From contig OX597814.1 in assembly GCA_951406725.2 (NCBI GenBank), positions 162,254,001-162,318,000 of the forward strand: a stretch of 64,000 nucleotides of DNA, written 5' to 3'. The position numbers and the translations under genes were made by a program. Source of the DNA: Octopus vulgaris. Lineage: Eukaryota. Below the pieces are notes generated by a model. That model worked only from the letters and a program-made list of their open reading frames with translations, had not been told where the DNA came from and did no database searches. Positions 12,176 to 25,581 of this stretch are shown here, piece after piece. The number at the start of each line of letters is the position of its first letter. The stretch's first letter is position 1.

Positions 12176-12668
12176 TTATAAATGTATGTGTACAAATAAC
12201 ACGGAAAAAATAAATAAATAGCTACCAGGGTAGTAAAAATTCACATAAGTACCAAGGATGTAACAGCCTACTTACAAAGGTAAAAATTCCAGGGTTTAGT
12301 GAAATGTTTTTGTATAACATTTATAAATAAATAAATGGAGTTAAACACAGGTGTTAATCAAATCTTTATACTTCTGACAAATACATATACTTCGAAGAAA
12401 ACATTGGTATTATTCCAGAAAGAATAAAACAATGTAAAACAATGCAATCTTCTCATCAGGGAAAAAAAGAGAAACAAAACACATCAATAAGACATTTTAA
12501 CCGAATGTGATTATTGCATATATGATGAAGGGAACACTGGTAAGTTATTTTTTAAAAAAACCGTTTATAGATATAACGTCAAAGGCAATTTATAGAAAGA
12601 GAAGGAGGAGGAAGAAAGAAATTAGGAGAAAACTAAGAGTGGAGAAATTTCTTCACTCTTAGTTTTCT

Positions 12669-12710
<42 letters not shown>

Positions 12711-12720
12711 AGTGTGTGTA

Positions 12721-12756
<36 letters not shown>

Positions 12757-13604
12757 AACACAATACAATAGGATTCCAAACAGATTTTGTATACCTAATT
12801 CACTCACAAGGCTTTAGTTGGTCCAGTGCTAGAGTGGGATTGAACTTGAAACCTCTTGGTTGTAAAGTGAGCTTAGAATTTTGTCCCACTATATATCGAT
12901 ATAATCATACAATTTGCTTATTTTCTTGGATTTCATTCATGGAATACCATGATGTTGTCATGCACACATAAAAAAATAAAAGAAAATACTTGCCCATGAT
13001 GTCACACTGGGATCAAACCCAGGACTTCATGATTGCAAAGAGGACTTCTTAACCATTTGGCCATACTGTGTTTACACATATGTAACTGTTTGTTTACATT
13101 CTGGTTTCCTATGCCAGCATGGGTTAGATGATTATATTACCGAGACAGTGTTTTACGGCTTGATGCTCTTCTTGTTACTAATCCTAACCTGTTTTTCAAG
13201 TAAGGCATCTCTTATTTCACACATCTTCAAAGGCACGAAGCCAGTGAACAATTTGTTGATGATAGCATTATCATTAATTAATGATAATGTATCGGGCAAA
13301 TTTGAAGTAAAGTGCAAATGTAAACAAACTTAAGACAAAAGCTCTCTGCTGGCATTGTACCTTTGAAGATATGTGAAGAAAGAGATCTCTTACTTTTACA
13401 ATAAGGGATCTATCTATCTACCTGCTTGTCTGCCTGTCTGTCTATCAATGCACACATACACAAATATTAGTACACATGTAAACATTAACATACATACATG
13501 CAAATAATGCATATATAAATACACACACTCACCTACACATAGACCTGTATAAAATTATGGCTCTCAGTTTGATCATTTGTATATATGTATATATGTGTGT
13601 GAGT

Positions 13605-13852
13605 ATGTACATACATATGTGCATGCATGCATGCATACATGCATAAATACATACATACATACATACATACATACATAAACACATACATACATACATACAT
13701 ACATACATACATACATACATACATACATAAACACATACATAAATACATACATAAACACATACATACATACATGCATGCATGCATACATACATACATACAT
13801 ACATACATACATACATACATACATACATACATACATACATACATACATACAT
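13605..13852. repeat. (ATAC)n microsatellite
   Basis: Direct reading. Confidence 0.97.
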
Positions 13853-15269
13853 GATAAACATGGCACAGGAGATGACAAAGGAATGGCAGAAAAACAGGGA
13901 GAATGAAAACATGCTTAACCCTCATCAGTTCTTGACTAAATATCATCACAGTTTTGACACGATTAAAGTTGTGTGGTTTTAGAAGTTCACTTCCTACAGG
14001 TTCAATCCCATTGTAGGCAAGTATCTTCTGCTGAAGCCCCAGTTTGAATGAAGTCTTGTGAGTAGATCTGGTAGAGGGGAACTGAAAGAGCCTGTCATAT
14101 TCTTCAGCATTTATGCATACATTTTTCTGTACTGGGAATTGCTAGCTTGTTCCACTCCATCACATCTCTCTTACCATCTTCTTTATGAAATTCAACCACT
14201 GAGATTAGCTTTCCCACTTTGGCCTATGTCTTCCTTGGTCTTGTTCTTCTATAGTTCTTCCTCCACTTGAATCACTTGCAGCTAATGAGAGAGACTCTTT
14301 GTGAGAGTTCAACATACTGGAAAAAGCAGCTAACACTCCCCTCAAATCCATACCAGCACTGGATTCCCTTCACATAGGGAAAATGAGATGGCCATGACTG
14401 GAATGAGCTAAATAACTTTGATTCCTTGATTCATTCCTGGTCCAACTGACATCATTCCCAACAATGTATTTAGTTATGGTTTTTCACATTCTAAGATTAT
14501 ATCATTTTTTTAAAGTTTGATATTATTATTCATTCCTCTTGGGTCAATATTGCTGGTTCCAGTCAAGTACTGAGGTCATTGCAAGGTCAAAGAAATTGAT
14601 TTCACTTCTTCCTAAAATACGGTGGCTTTGTGCCATGTAAGAAGTCCATATTATTATGATTCACAGTAATCAGTGACAGAATCATTACAGCACTGGACAA
14701 AATTCTATAAGCAATTTAGGTGCATCAGTTTACATTTGTGTTTAAATTGTGCAGGAGTCAACCTTTCATCTGTCTCTCTCAGTCTATCTCTGTCTCTGTC
14801 TATCCATCTCCCTCTCTTCCTTTTTCATAAGTTCCAATCAAATTCTAGAGATGATTTTCTAATAAACATTCTCTCACCCCAAATATGGCCTTGTGCTAAT
14901 ATTTTAACCAACAGAAGGGCCAGTCCTTGTTGCAGTAGGGTGACTTGTGTGCCTCAAAGATCCAGAAAGCAATACCAGTAGAGTGCAAGCCTCTGGCAGA
15001 GCCTCCGATGCTAGAAATGTCAAAGGACAGAGGTCACACTAATAGAATTTGTGTAAGGTCAAAACACTAACCTAGAAAAAACAAAGTTACAGAAGCATTG
15101 ATGACATTTCAAAACCAGCCAAAACCTGGGAGAGGAAGGATTGCTAATCTAGAGTTGAGAACATTAGAGAAAAGCTGTCAATAGCTTATGCTTCATAGGT
15201 AGTGAAGTGCTTAATTCAATCCACTAATACTCTTAGAAACAATTTAGATGAAAGACAACTGAAACTGTA

Positions 15270-15592
15270 GTCCAAGTGAAACCGTAGTTGTGGCTGTTGT
15301 TCGTTAAGCCAAGTGAAATTGTAGTCATGGCTGCTGCCAATGTCTGAGAAATCGTAGTCGTGGCCATTGCCAGATTCATGTAAATGGCACTCATGCTGGT
15401 GGCATGTAAAAAGCACCCATTACACTCTTGGAGTTGTTGGCGTTAGGAAGGGCATCCAACTGTAGAAATCAAGCCATATCAGACTGGAACCTGGTACAGC
15501 TCTCAGGCTTACCAGTTCCAATCAAACCATCTAACCCATGCCAGCATAGAAAGCAAACATTAAATGATAATGATGATGATGGTGATGATGAT
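15270..15592 (+). mobile_element. (GAT)n-tailed SINE-like repeat
   Basis: aaaagcaccc..acactcttggagt..ggcgttaggaagggcatccaactgtagaaa...aacattaaatgataatgatgat. Confidence 0.75.
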
Positions 15593-15654
15593 GAAGATGG
15601 TAAGATATTTGAAATAATGGAGTGCTAATAAAAAAAAAGTGAATTACCATCGTG

Positions 15655-15898
15655 TAAAAGGATTCGAGCGAGGTTGTTGCCAGTACCGCCTGTCTGGCCC
15701 CCATGCAGGTGGCACGTAAAAAGCACCCACTACACTCTCGGAGTGGTTGGCGTTAGGAAGGGCATCCAGCTGTAGAAACTCTGCCAGATCAAAACTGGAG
15801 CCTGGTGCAGCCATATGGTTGCCAGCCCTCAGTCAAAATCGTCTAACCCATGCTAGCATGGAAAACGGATGTTAAATGACGATGATGATGATGATGAT
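15655..15898 (+). mobile_element. (GAT)n-tailed SINE-like repeat (second tandem copy)
   Basis: ggcacgtaaaaagcacccactacactctcggagtggttggcgttaggaagggcatccagctgtagaaac...gttaaatgacgatgatgatg. Confidence 0.8.
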
Positions 15899-16704
15899 TC
15901 AAACTGACAAAAGTTGACCATGTCTTTCATTCCTGTGGAGTTGCTGTCTTTGTTTAGCATCAGGTAAACCCTGACTTATCAGCCCTATTGAAGGTGTTTC
16001 AGACACGACCATCCTCTCATTTCCCTATTGCTATAAACTCAGGACCACAACCACATTAATTGCATTCATCTAATGTGTCCCTTTTTTTTTACAAGGACAC
16101 ACCAGATCTGGGGGGAATTTAAGCTGCTTGGACGATTTACTTAACTAGATACTTTCCTCACAAATGTTTGGTTTTGTACCAATAATATTTAAAATACCAT
16201 TATCATTACCATCATTATCATCATCACCTTCATCATCATCATCATCATCATTATCATCATCATCATCATTATCATCATCGTCCAACTGTTCATCACTCTG
16301 AACTTTGCTAATATCCAATTTTCTCATTCACTAATTACTACCTTTTTTCTCCTCTTTTCCTGTTCTCCAATGTTTCCCCTTTCTTTTCCTTATTTCGCTC
16401 GTCATGTTAGTAATTTCCTATAATTTTATATTCTTTATCATTAAGAACCACTTATTTTTTCTATTTCTTCTTTATATTTTTCCAGCTCCAATCAAGTTTT
16501 CCCCTACCCTTTTTTTCCCATTATTTATTTCAATTTATTTCCTTTTTATCATTCCATTCCCCCTCATAGTCCTCATTCATTTCCTTCCTTCTTCCAGAAT
16601 TTTCCTCTATCTATACACTCATTTTTTTACCTATTTTTTTTACTCCAAGTTCTCCCTTTTCTCTTTTTAGCTTTTCTTATCCATGTCCTTGCAACACAAA
16701 TCAT

Positions 16705-16950
16705 TTTATCTTTTCTTCTTCTTCTTCTTCTTCTTCATCATCCTTTTCTTCTTCTTCCTCATCCTTTTCTTCTTCTTCTTCTTCTTCTTCTTCTTCTTCT
16801 TCTTCTTCTTCTTCTTCTTCATCATCCTTTTCTTCTTCTTCTTCTTCTTCTTCTTCTTCTTCTTCATCATCATCCTTTTCTTCTTCTTCTTCTTCTTCTC
16901 CTCCTCCTCCTCCTTCTTCTTCTTCTCCTCCTCCTTCTCCTTCTTCTCTC
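16705..16950. repeat. (TTC)n microsatellite with recurring ATCATCCTT interruptions
   Basis: Direct reading. Confidence 0.95.
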
Positions 16951-17437
16951 CTCACAATTTATTCCTTTTCTGCTATTTCCACCTACAGTACTAACAGTAC
17001 TGACAGAACTCAATAATCTAATCTACTCTAGATGCAATATAAGCATTTCTGCTGATATCAATTATTACAGTTTTTCCAACTCCATTCTGTTTCCTATGAG
17101 ACTTCACATGCATGATGACATGCATGATGACAAAGAAGGAGCTACAGAGTGAGAGAAAGAAGCAGAGAGGAAAATACAACTGAGAGAGAGAGAGATGGGA
17201 CAGAGAGGGGGAAAGAGAAAGAGAGAAAGAGAAAGTGGGAAAGAGAGAAAGGGGAAGGACAGAAACTCAAAGAAAAGGTGCACGTTAGTATGCTTGTGTG
17301 TGTATGTGTGTGTGTGAGTGAGTGTGTGTGTGTGTGTGGTGGGGTATTGTTCACAGGCATAATTATATATGGAAACCTATATCTAAAATGCACATGGGTG
17401 CTACAATATTTTCCTATGCCCAGAAAATATATCTTTA

Positions 17438-17440
<3 letters not shown>

Positions 17441-17496
<56 letters not shown>

Positions 17497-17599
17497 ACAT
17501 ATATATACATATGCATACATATATATATATATGCATATATATATATATATATACACACATACATAACATATATATATATATACATGCATATACATACAT

Positions 17600-17630
<31 letters not shown>

Positions 17631-17673
17631 CAAACATACACATACATATATATACATACATACACACACACAT

Positions 17674-17712
<39 letters not shown>

Positions 17713-17782
17713 TACATATACATACACACACATGTACATATATACATACATACATATATATATATGTACATGTATAAACATG

Positions 17783-17820
<38 letters not shown>

Positions 17821-17845
17821 CGCACACACACTCACACACACACAA
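17441..17845. repeat. (TA)n/(CA)n/(TG)n compound microsatellite
   Basis: Direct reading. Confidence 0.95.
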
Positions 17846-18409
17846 GCACAGAGTCATATATACATATTGGTATATCTATATCATTGTAAACAGCTACAAC
17901 TGCAAAAGAGATGCCTAAGAGAGCAGTAACTATAAAGGAATGAAACGACTGGATCAGGTTATGAAGGTCAAGGAGAATCATAGCACAATTGATCCTTTAC
18001 AGAGTAGAGCTAGTGTGGTTTCATGCCTGACAAGAGATACTACAAATGCAATCTTCATAGTGAAGCAACTGCAAGAGAAGATATTTGACTAAGAATAAAC
18101 TTCTATCCCATGACTACAACGGTTTAGAGAGGCATTTGATAGGGTAACATTTAATAATTTGATGACCATTGAAGAACATGCAGATGAATTGAGGACATGC
18201 AGATGAATGTCTCATAAGGGCTGTATAAGCTATGTCTAAAGATTAAATAAATTAAGTGAGAGTTGACAACAATTACAGTGACAAATTTAGAGTGAGGGTA
18301 GGAGTCCATCAGTGTTCAGTCCTGAGTTCTTGTCTGTTCATCATAGCTCTACTGATCATCACATAAGTTTAAGGTTGAATATTCACAGGAACTTTTACAT
18401 GCTGATGAA

Positions 18410-19724
18410 TTTTCTTTGTCTTCAAATGCATTTCGGTATTTTACTTCTTCTTTTTAGTAAATCGTTTAACAGTGCTCTCAATTTATGCATATTTGGAATA
18501 TACCATTGATAGTAATTTACTAGGCCAAGGAAAGCTTGTAATGTCGGTATATTCATTGGAGGAGGCATGTTCTTGATTGTGTCTACCCTTGACGGGTCAA
18601 GACGGCTTCAATCCTTATCTGTGATTTGACCAAAGTATTTTATTTAAGGCAAAAAAAATTCATACGTCTCTTCACCGAGTGTGAAACCATAATCCTTCAT
18701 TTTTTTTAAAGACACACTTCACGTGTTCGATATGCTCATTCTGCAATTTGCTTTTGATTAACACATCATTAAGATAAGAAATAGCAAATTGGCAGTCTGC
18801 CCACATTGCGTCCATCCCCTGTTGAAATATTGCAGGTGCTACCTTCAGTCCGAAAGGTAGTCTATTGTATTTGTATAGACCTCTGTGTGTGCTGACTGCT
18901 AACAGCTTTGAGCATTTTTCTATCTATTTTGATTTGTGGATATGCATCAGATAGACTGAGTTTTGAGAATATTTTAGTTTTGTAAAAATACCTTCTAGGG
19001 TCGGTGGAAGACACTTGAAGATCTCAGGTGTAAGTTCTTTGAGCTTAAAACTTTCACACATCCTGTTGACCCTGCATATGTGATAAAATCATCGTTCGCT
19101 TTTCTCGCTACATTCCAACACTCCATTTGTCTGTTAAATAGAGAAGTCTTATCACCGAGTATGTCAGATGCAAAAGTTAAACCCTCCTCTGGGTTATAAC
19201 TGAATTCATTAATCGAGTTCAAAACACCATCTGGCGAAAACAAACTTACCTCATTTTTGGACTTCTTTGTATATAGCTCCAATAATTGTTGTTGTAGTTG
19301 TTGCTGTAATAGTTGCTTCTGCAACTCCTGTTGCTGCTCTTATTGGTGCTTTTGCAACTGTACTACGGAAGCAAATATGTCTTCCATTATTTAACAAGTT
19401 GTATCACAAACAAATTATTAAATAATCTACTTGAGCTTTGAAACCCTCGTTGCCAGATGTTGTATTGCAATTGTTACGTACAATAAATAAGATAACCAGA
19501 CAACAGTAAAAACAATGTAACGGACTAACAGATATCTTTATGAAACAACAATCAATATTCCTTGTGAACTAACCAACCAAGAGCTTCTAACTTCACTTTG
19601 AACTAACATGAACTTCACTTGACTCTGCACTCTGAACCTCGAACTCACTCAGACCATTGCTATTTATACTTTACTCAGACCAGTCTATCTCTTGCAAGGT
19701 AGTCTCATAATTCTCATCACAACA
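18410..19724 (-). mobile_element. Internally deleted Ty3/gypsy LTR retrotransposon relic (5' LTR, PBS, gag start, RT part)
   Basis: gag ATG at 19387 (MEDIFASVVQLQ...NSINEFSYNPEEGLTFA). RT: SDAYPQI, THRGLYKYNRLPFGLKVAPAIFQQ, SYLNDVLI (YLDD-derived), LQAFLGLVNYY. Confidence 0.85.
19458..19724 (-). repeat. 267-bp LTR (TGTTGT...ACAACA) followed by primer-binding site TGGCAACGAGGG (19444-19455)
   Basis: TG..CA ends with a 6-bp inverted repeat; a TGG-starting PBS lies 2 nt downstream and gag follows. Confidence 0.8.
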
Positions 19725-20759
19725 GCAATATAATTAGTAAGGGAGGTGGTTGCTCTAAAAGTATAGTAGTAAGGTTATGAACTGGTTAGAAAAAGTTCAG
19801 AGAGCTTCTCCTGCTGTTGGCAACAAAGGCCTTTTCTTTCAAGTGAAGGGCAGATTGTATGACACCTGTGTTAAAACTGTGATGTTGCATGGTAGTAAGA
19901 CATAGACCTTGAATGCAAAGGACTTGAGGAGATGAGAAAGAAATGGAGTGAGCATGCTCCACGAGTTGTGCTACAAAAGTGTGCATAAATGACATGATAC
20001 GAATGTGCTGAGAGAAAAATTGGATATAAGAGGAATTGGATGTAGTGTGCAAAAAGAAGATTGCTCTGGTATGGTCATGCCATGTGTGTGAAGAGGAGAG
20101 CAGTATAAAGACATGTCAATTGCTTAATGTGGATGAAGCTTGGAGAAGAAGGAGACCCAGAAACAAGGGATAAAGTGGTGAAAGATGACCTTGAACTTCG
20201 TAGAAGAGATGAAAAAGAACTGTGATGACTGGCAATGTATAGTTCTCAAGAAAACCTGCCCAGTTCAGTGAAACTAAGTTCTGGAAATGCTCTTCATCTC
20301 TCTAACTGCGTTTTTGCCTTGATATCACCAATGTTTCTCACAACTCAGAACCATTTCACTTGATACCTATTCTTAAAATTGTCCTCTCTGCCCACATTTT
20401 AGAGAGATGTAGGGTGGGGTTAACAGATGCATGATGGTGGGGAGTGAGAGAGGGGTGGATAAAACAAGAATGAAAATCAGGGATGATAAAAATGATGATA
20501 AATACAGGTGGGGGTCGATGACAGTAGGACTAAACGATGGATGTCAGCAGTAAATGGTTCAAGGGAAGATACTCAGTTATGTGGTAAGGAAAGGAAAAGG
20601 GAAAAGAGAAAGAAGCAGCAATTATAGACAGCAGAAACATTGGACAAGGAACCAAGTATGAATATATATAATGTTTCCATAACCTCAGTTGTATACATAC
20701 ATAATGTGCATACAAGTTATGTTTCCAGAAATTCACTCACACTGTGCTTACAAGGTTAG

Positions 20760-21480
20760 GTGGGTCTTTTTGAGCTCTACATATAGCCGATCATCTTCTT
20801 CATGTAGCACAACACTCTGAGATCAGCCTTCTCCACTTCATCCTACATCTTCCCAAGTTTCCTTCTTCCACAAGATCTATCTACTGTAAGCAATGAACGA
20901 TTCTTCATTCAGCTATCCTTATCTATATGCATAACATGGCCAAACCAATGCAGTCTTGTCTCTTGCACATTACATCTGATTCCTTCTATACCCAATTCTT
21001 CACTCAGCACATTTGTACTTTGTCTTTCAAACACACTGACATTGTACATCCATTGAAGCATGCTTATTTAATTTCTTTCTTGTCTTTGAAGGTCATCTGT
21101 ATTGAGGGCCCATATCTCCTTAACATGTAGTATTGCAGCTTCTACACAGATCATACAATCTATCTTTCACTCTGAGAGAGAAACCTTTTGGTGCCAACAG
21201 AGATAAAAGCTCCCTGAACTTTCTCTAGCCTGTTCTTACTTTAGCCAGAATATTTTCAGAACACCCACCTTCATTGATAATTAGGTTGCTCAGGAAACTG
21301 AAGCTTTTATTACCTCTAGGGGTTCTCCCAGGCAACTGAGAACATTTATTTTCTATGTACTCTTACTACTTATTATTTCTGTGCAGTTGATACATACAAA
21401 ATCTGCTTTCTGTGTTAACCTATCCATGATTCTACTGCACCTCTTGTGTGTCTATAGCTTGTGTTGAGTACATCATGCCC
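20760..21480 (-). mobile_element. RTE LINE 3' fragment, inverted relative to the 19730-20270 copy
   Basis: Reverse complement of 21120-21240 (agaaagttcagggagctttta..ctgttggcaccaaaaggtttctctctcagagtgaaagatagattgtatga) aligns by eye with 19789-19862. Confidence 0.75.
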
Positions 21481-21484
21481 AATT

Positions 21485-21523
<39 letters not shown>

Positions 21524-23689
21524 GAAGAAGGGTAATGTGGACAATAATGAGTTATCCACAATTGTCAGTATCTAATTACAATGGACATGTGAATAGTAAT
21601 TTGGGTGTAGAACCATAAAAATAAAGAAAATAACAGAGAAGAGGAAAGATGATAGTGAAAGTAATAACAACAACCGCAACAATAATAATAAGAAGAAAGT
21701 AATAATTACAGTACTACTACTACTATTAATAATAGTAACACATGGGCATGGGAATCAGGAGGAAGTAATGCTATTGTCCTCTCAAATTTGTGCAAATTTT
21801 TTGTAAATCCAAAGGAAAAAATAGGGAAACTAAGATACACGAATTTTAACAATGATGGCAAATTGCTTGCTAACACTCAACCAATATTGTTGAATTAACA
21901 ATCATCTTAAATTTGTTACAGTTAAATTTGGAGTGGAATGCAAGGAAGAGTGAGGAGTAGAGAATATAACTCCATGCTTTTATTCCTTCTGGTTAACTCC
22001 TTTCTGACACTCCAGTTTCATTTTCATCTCTTACAGAAAAATCCTTGATCTTTATATTTAGATTCTGATGTAACAATGTTTTTAAAGTGTAAAGCAGAAC
22101 ACACTGACTATAAAATCTATTTTACAGTAATTTCAGTCAACACTATATGTGGGTGTTCTTCCCTCAATGCATGGCTTGTCAGGCACCAAACTGAAATTAT
22201 GGTAAAATGAAAGCTAAAAAACAAAAAAAAAAAAGGAAAGAAAAATCTCACAAAAGGTTTAATCATCATCATATCAAATGTTCAGAATGCAGTAAGCAAA
22301 CAGACTGTGATTACAAAAAAAGACTTCATCGTATTATGACTGTTCATGCCTGTCAGACTGTGACTTTTAGTTCAGTGCTTGAAAATCACAACAAACATTG
22401 AGTGCATTTTTTTATATAAAACATCCCATGCCTAATCTTTCAGGTAAAGGAAAAAATGATAATGATAAACATATTAAAAGTAATAATAACCAACATGAAC
22501 TCACAAACTAGTGTTACTAACAGCTTTCTCAGCAGTGGTGCTCAGGATATTACAAAAACATTTTGAGTATCTACAGAGCCAAACTTCTCTGAATCTGATG
22601 AATATTTTGCATGATGAATTTAATGATGAAGTGAATGTGATCCATGAATCCCCTTTGGCTCTGAAGGACTATATCATGAAAAATAGGTCAAATCAGTCAA
22701 TTTTGATTCATTATAAAGTGAAAGAATTTGGTAAGGCATCAAATTTGAGAGATTTGAAGAGTGAGCAATTTGAACTTCCCTCTTAGCTTGCTAATGACAT
22801 TCACAAATGTCAAACTTTGTTTTTATCCATGAAAAGTGTTAATATATAGTAACAATTTTACTTTTGAAAACTAGAAGAAAACAAACAAGCAAGCAGCAAG
22901 CATTAAAAATAGGTGTTAGGTCACGCTGAATACTATATACAAACAGCAAGTAGTGCAGAACCAAGAGTACGTGAAAAGTATTACTGAAACTCTATTGTTC
23001 AATGTTCAGTACAACAGTTGCTCGATAAGGTCATAGAGAGGACCACAAGAGCTAGTCAGAGACTTTACAACTTTCTAGAAGTTAGTCCCAAATGACCACT
23101 GTGCATCACAGTTTGCAGAGAACAAACCTCAGAGTATAACAATGTGGTCCAGAGGTTACTAAGAAATAAAATCTGGGGTGGGACAAATACCTCATATCAA
23201 GAAAATATTGCATAACATGACAAATGATTGAAATGTCAAAAATATACAGATGGCAATGTATTAATATCTGAATGCAATTTGTGATTTTTGTGGAATTCCA
23301 TATAAAATTGTAATGTTGTTAACTAACGAGTATACATTTACAACAAAGAGCCATTGCAACTCATATAGTATATGAAAAAAATTAGAAAATTAAACAGAAA
23401 AGCAATAATTGACAAAACTATTTATCTTTCTTTTAATTATTTCAGTTATTAGACTGCAGCCATGCAGGGACACCATCTAGAAGGATTCACATGAATTAAT
23501 TGATCTCAGTACTTATTTTTTAAGTTTAGTGCTTACTTTGTAGGTCTCTTTTGCCAACCTGCTAAGTTATAAGGATGTAAACAAACCAACACCAGTTGTC
23601 AAGCAATGATTGGGGTACAAACACTAACATGATGACACACATATACACAAAGTGGAATAGAGGTGGGAAGTGATGGAAATAAGGGGGTA

Positions 23690-24200
23690 AAGGAGTAGGT
23701 CAAGTTGGGGCACACTGTGAATATTTGCTGAGACATGAGTGCTGAAATCTTGAAGAGAAAAAGGGCAAGATGGAAGGCATTTATCTCAATGAAGGATTTA
23801 CTCAAAGTGAAGACCAAACACACCAGACTCTTCAATAGCACTGTCCTACATGTGCTCTTCTACATAAGTGAGATGTGGGTTATTATGAAGGGGAAACAAC
23901 ATCAAGTGGCTGTGAAGCAAAAGCTCATGGAAAGATCCAGGCTTGGAATATCGTTATGAGAGCTTATTCAAAATGAGATAATTTGAGAATGGAAAGGAGT
24001 GAATGGTGTGATCACAGAATATTGAAAGCCCAAGTTCTGCCAGGTCAAGTATGTTGTAAGGTACACAGACAACCTGTAGATCTGTACACTACAGTTGCTG
24101 AGTGGTATCAGCAACTGATCAGAAAAGGCCATTTGGAAAGACTCCATGACAATGGGAAAATAGTTTAGTTAAGTGATTTGGGACATGAGGAAAATGTATG
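23690..24200 (+). mobile_element. RTE-clade LINE 3' fragment (different subfamily)
   Basis: ORF 23735-23959: EILKRKRARWKAF...LFNSTVLHVLFYISEMW...MERSRLGISL, typical of the RTE post-RT region. Confidence 0.75.
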
Positions 24201-24276
24201 GTGCAATCAATAAAGAACTGGAAGTACTTTGTGACCAACAATGTATAACAGCATCTGATAATCTGATTGATACAGT

Positions 24277-24310
24277 GATGTATGTATGTATGTATGTATG
24301 TATGTATGTA

Positions 24311-24351
<41 letters not shown>

Positions 24352-24570
24352 GTGTGCGTATGTATGTATGTATGTATGTATGTATGTATGTATGTATGTA
24401 TGTGTGTATGTGTGTATGTGTGTGTGTGTTTTGAGAAGCCTAATTTCTGAAGCTTGGTATTTAGGCAGTGTGTTACATACATACATACATACATGCATGC
24501 ATGTATACATACATACATACATACATACATACATACATACATACATACATACATGCACGTATGCACGTAT
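24277..24570. repeat. (TATG)n/(TG)n and (CATA)n microsatellites in opposite orientation
   Basis: Direct reading. Confidence 0.95.
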
Positions 24571-25550
24571 GCATGGAAGCATTACTAAAAGCAAATTATT
24601 AATCCAGAAAGCAACACACAGATATGATAACATCAGACATGACATAAATCAACAAATTCACCAGGACTAAACTTGTATAATTTTTAAATATAGTGTTGAG
24701 GATTTCATTAGTTATAGCAGTATTCCCATGATCAATTGAAAGAGATGGCTGGAGATGGAACTGTATTTTAGGAGGGTCATACTATCAATAAACATAAGCA
24801 CTGGTTGTAGTTCACTTCAGTTTTATGTTATTGTTACTCATTGTTTAAATAATTCAGTGTACTTTACTGCCTGTGTAACTACAGAAGGCAATAAACTTGT
24901 CCAAGTCAGCCAACACACATTTACATTGACTCTCTCTTCTATCAGCTGCACCGTGCCATATGTGAAGCAAGAGATGCGCCAGATTGCAGAGTACATCTTA
25001 TTTCAGTTTTTCCTTTGTGCTCATTCATGCTCTGTCTTTTGTGCACACTAACATTACATACCTAATGGTACATGTTTTCCTCATTTCTTTCCAGCCCTTC
25101 CACAGTCCCTATATTCAGTCCTAAAGCTTTATTACTATTACAACCCCCTACTTCGTACATAAGCATCATACAGTCCCCCTTTCACCAGAAGCAGAGAATC
25201 TCTTTGTTGATAACAGAAGTAATAACTTCAAGATCATTTTTTTTTTCCCACTTTATTCTTACTCTGGTTGTATAATTATGAAATACCCTCCTCCATTGCT
25301 AATTATCTCATCTATGTAACAGATGCTATCAACTACTTTAGAAACCCTGAAAGCATTTCAAAAAAACTTTTTTGTATATCATCATTATCATTATTGCTTT
25401 TACATACACTTTTCTATGTTGGCATGAAACCTTCTGGGGCAGTATTTCATAGCCAGATATTCTTTCTAGTGCCAAGCCTTTTAATCACTACTTATAAAAT
25501 GCAAGGAAAAGGTGTACCTATTTTAAGAATTAGGATATGCATTACCTATT

Positions 25551-25581
<31 letters not shown>

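Larger units (their letters stand above)
17930..20270 (+). mobile_element. Decayed RTE-clade LINE, interrupted by a gypsy relic (~18410-19724)
   Basis: 5' part reads GFMP..RDTTNAIFIVKQLQEK, AFDRV, VRVGVHQ.SVLS. 3' part (19730-20270) reads KKFRELLLLL, KGRLYD.CV, W.GH-like and GRP motifs typical of the RTE ORF C-terminus. Confidence 0.75.

Noticed and set aside
16683-17857. Long ORFs of poly-F/E and YI/CV repeats
   Set aside because: Translations of microsatellites lacking stop codons; the same applies to ORFs at 8872-9953, 13529-13982, 24169-24670, 42451-42860 and 52787-53042.
22511-22786. 91-aa non-repetitive plus ORF
   Set aside because: No recognisable domain or consistent splice sites; it may be decayed LINE sequence upstream of the RTE fragment.
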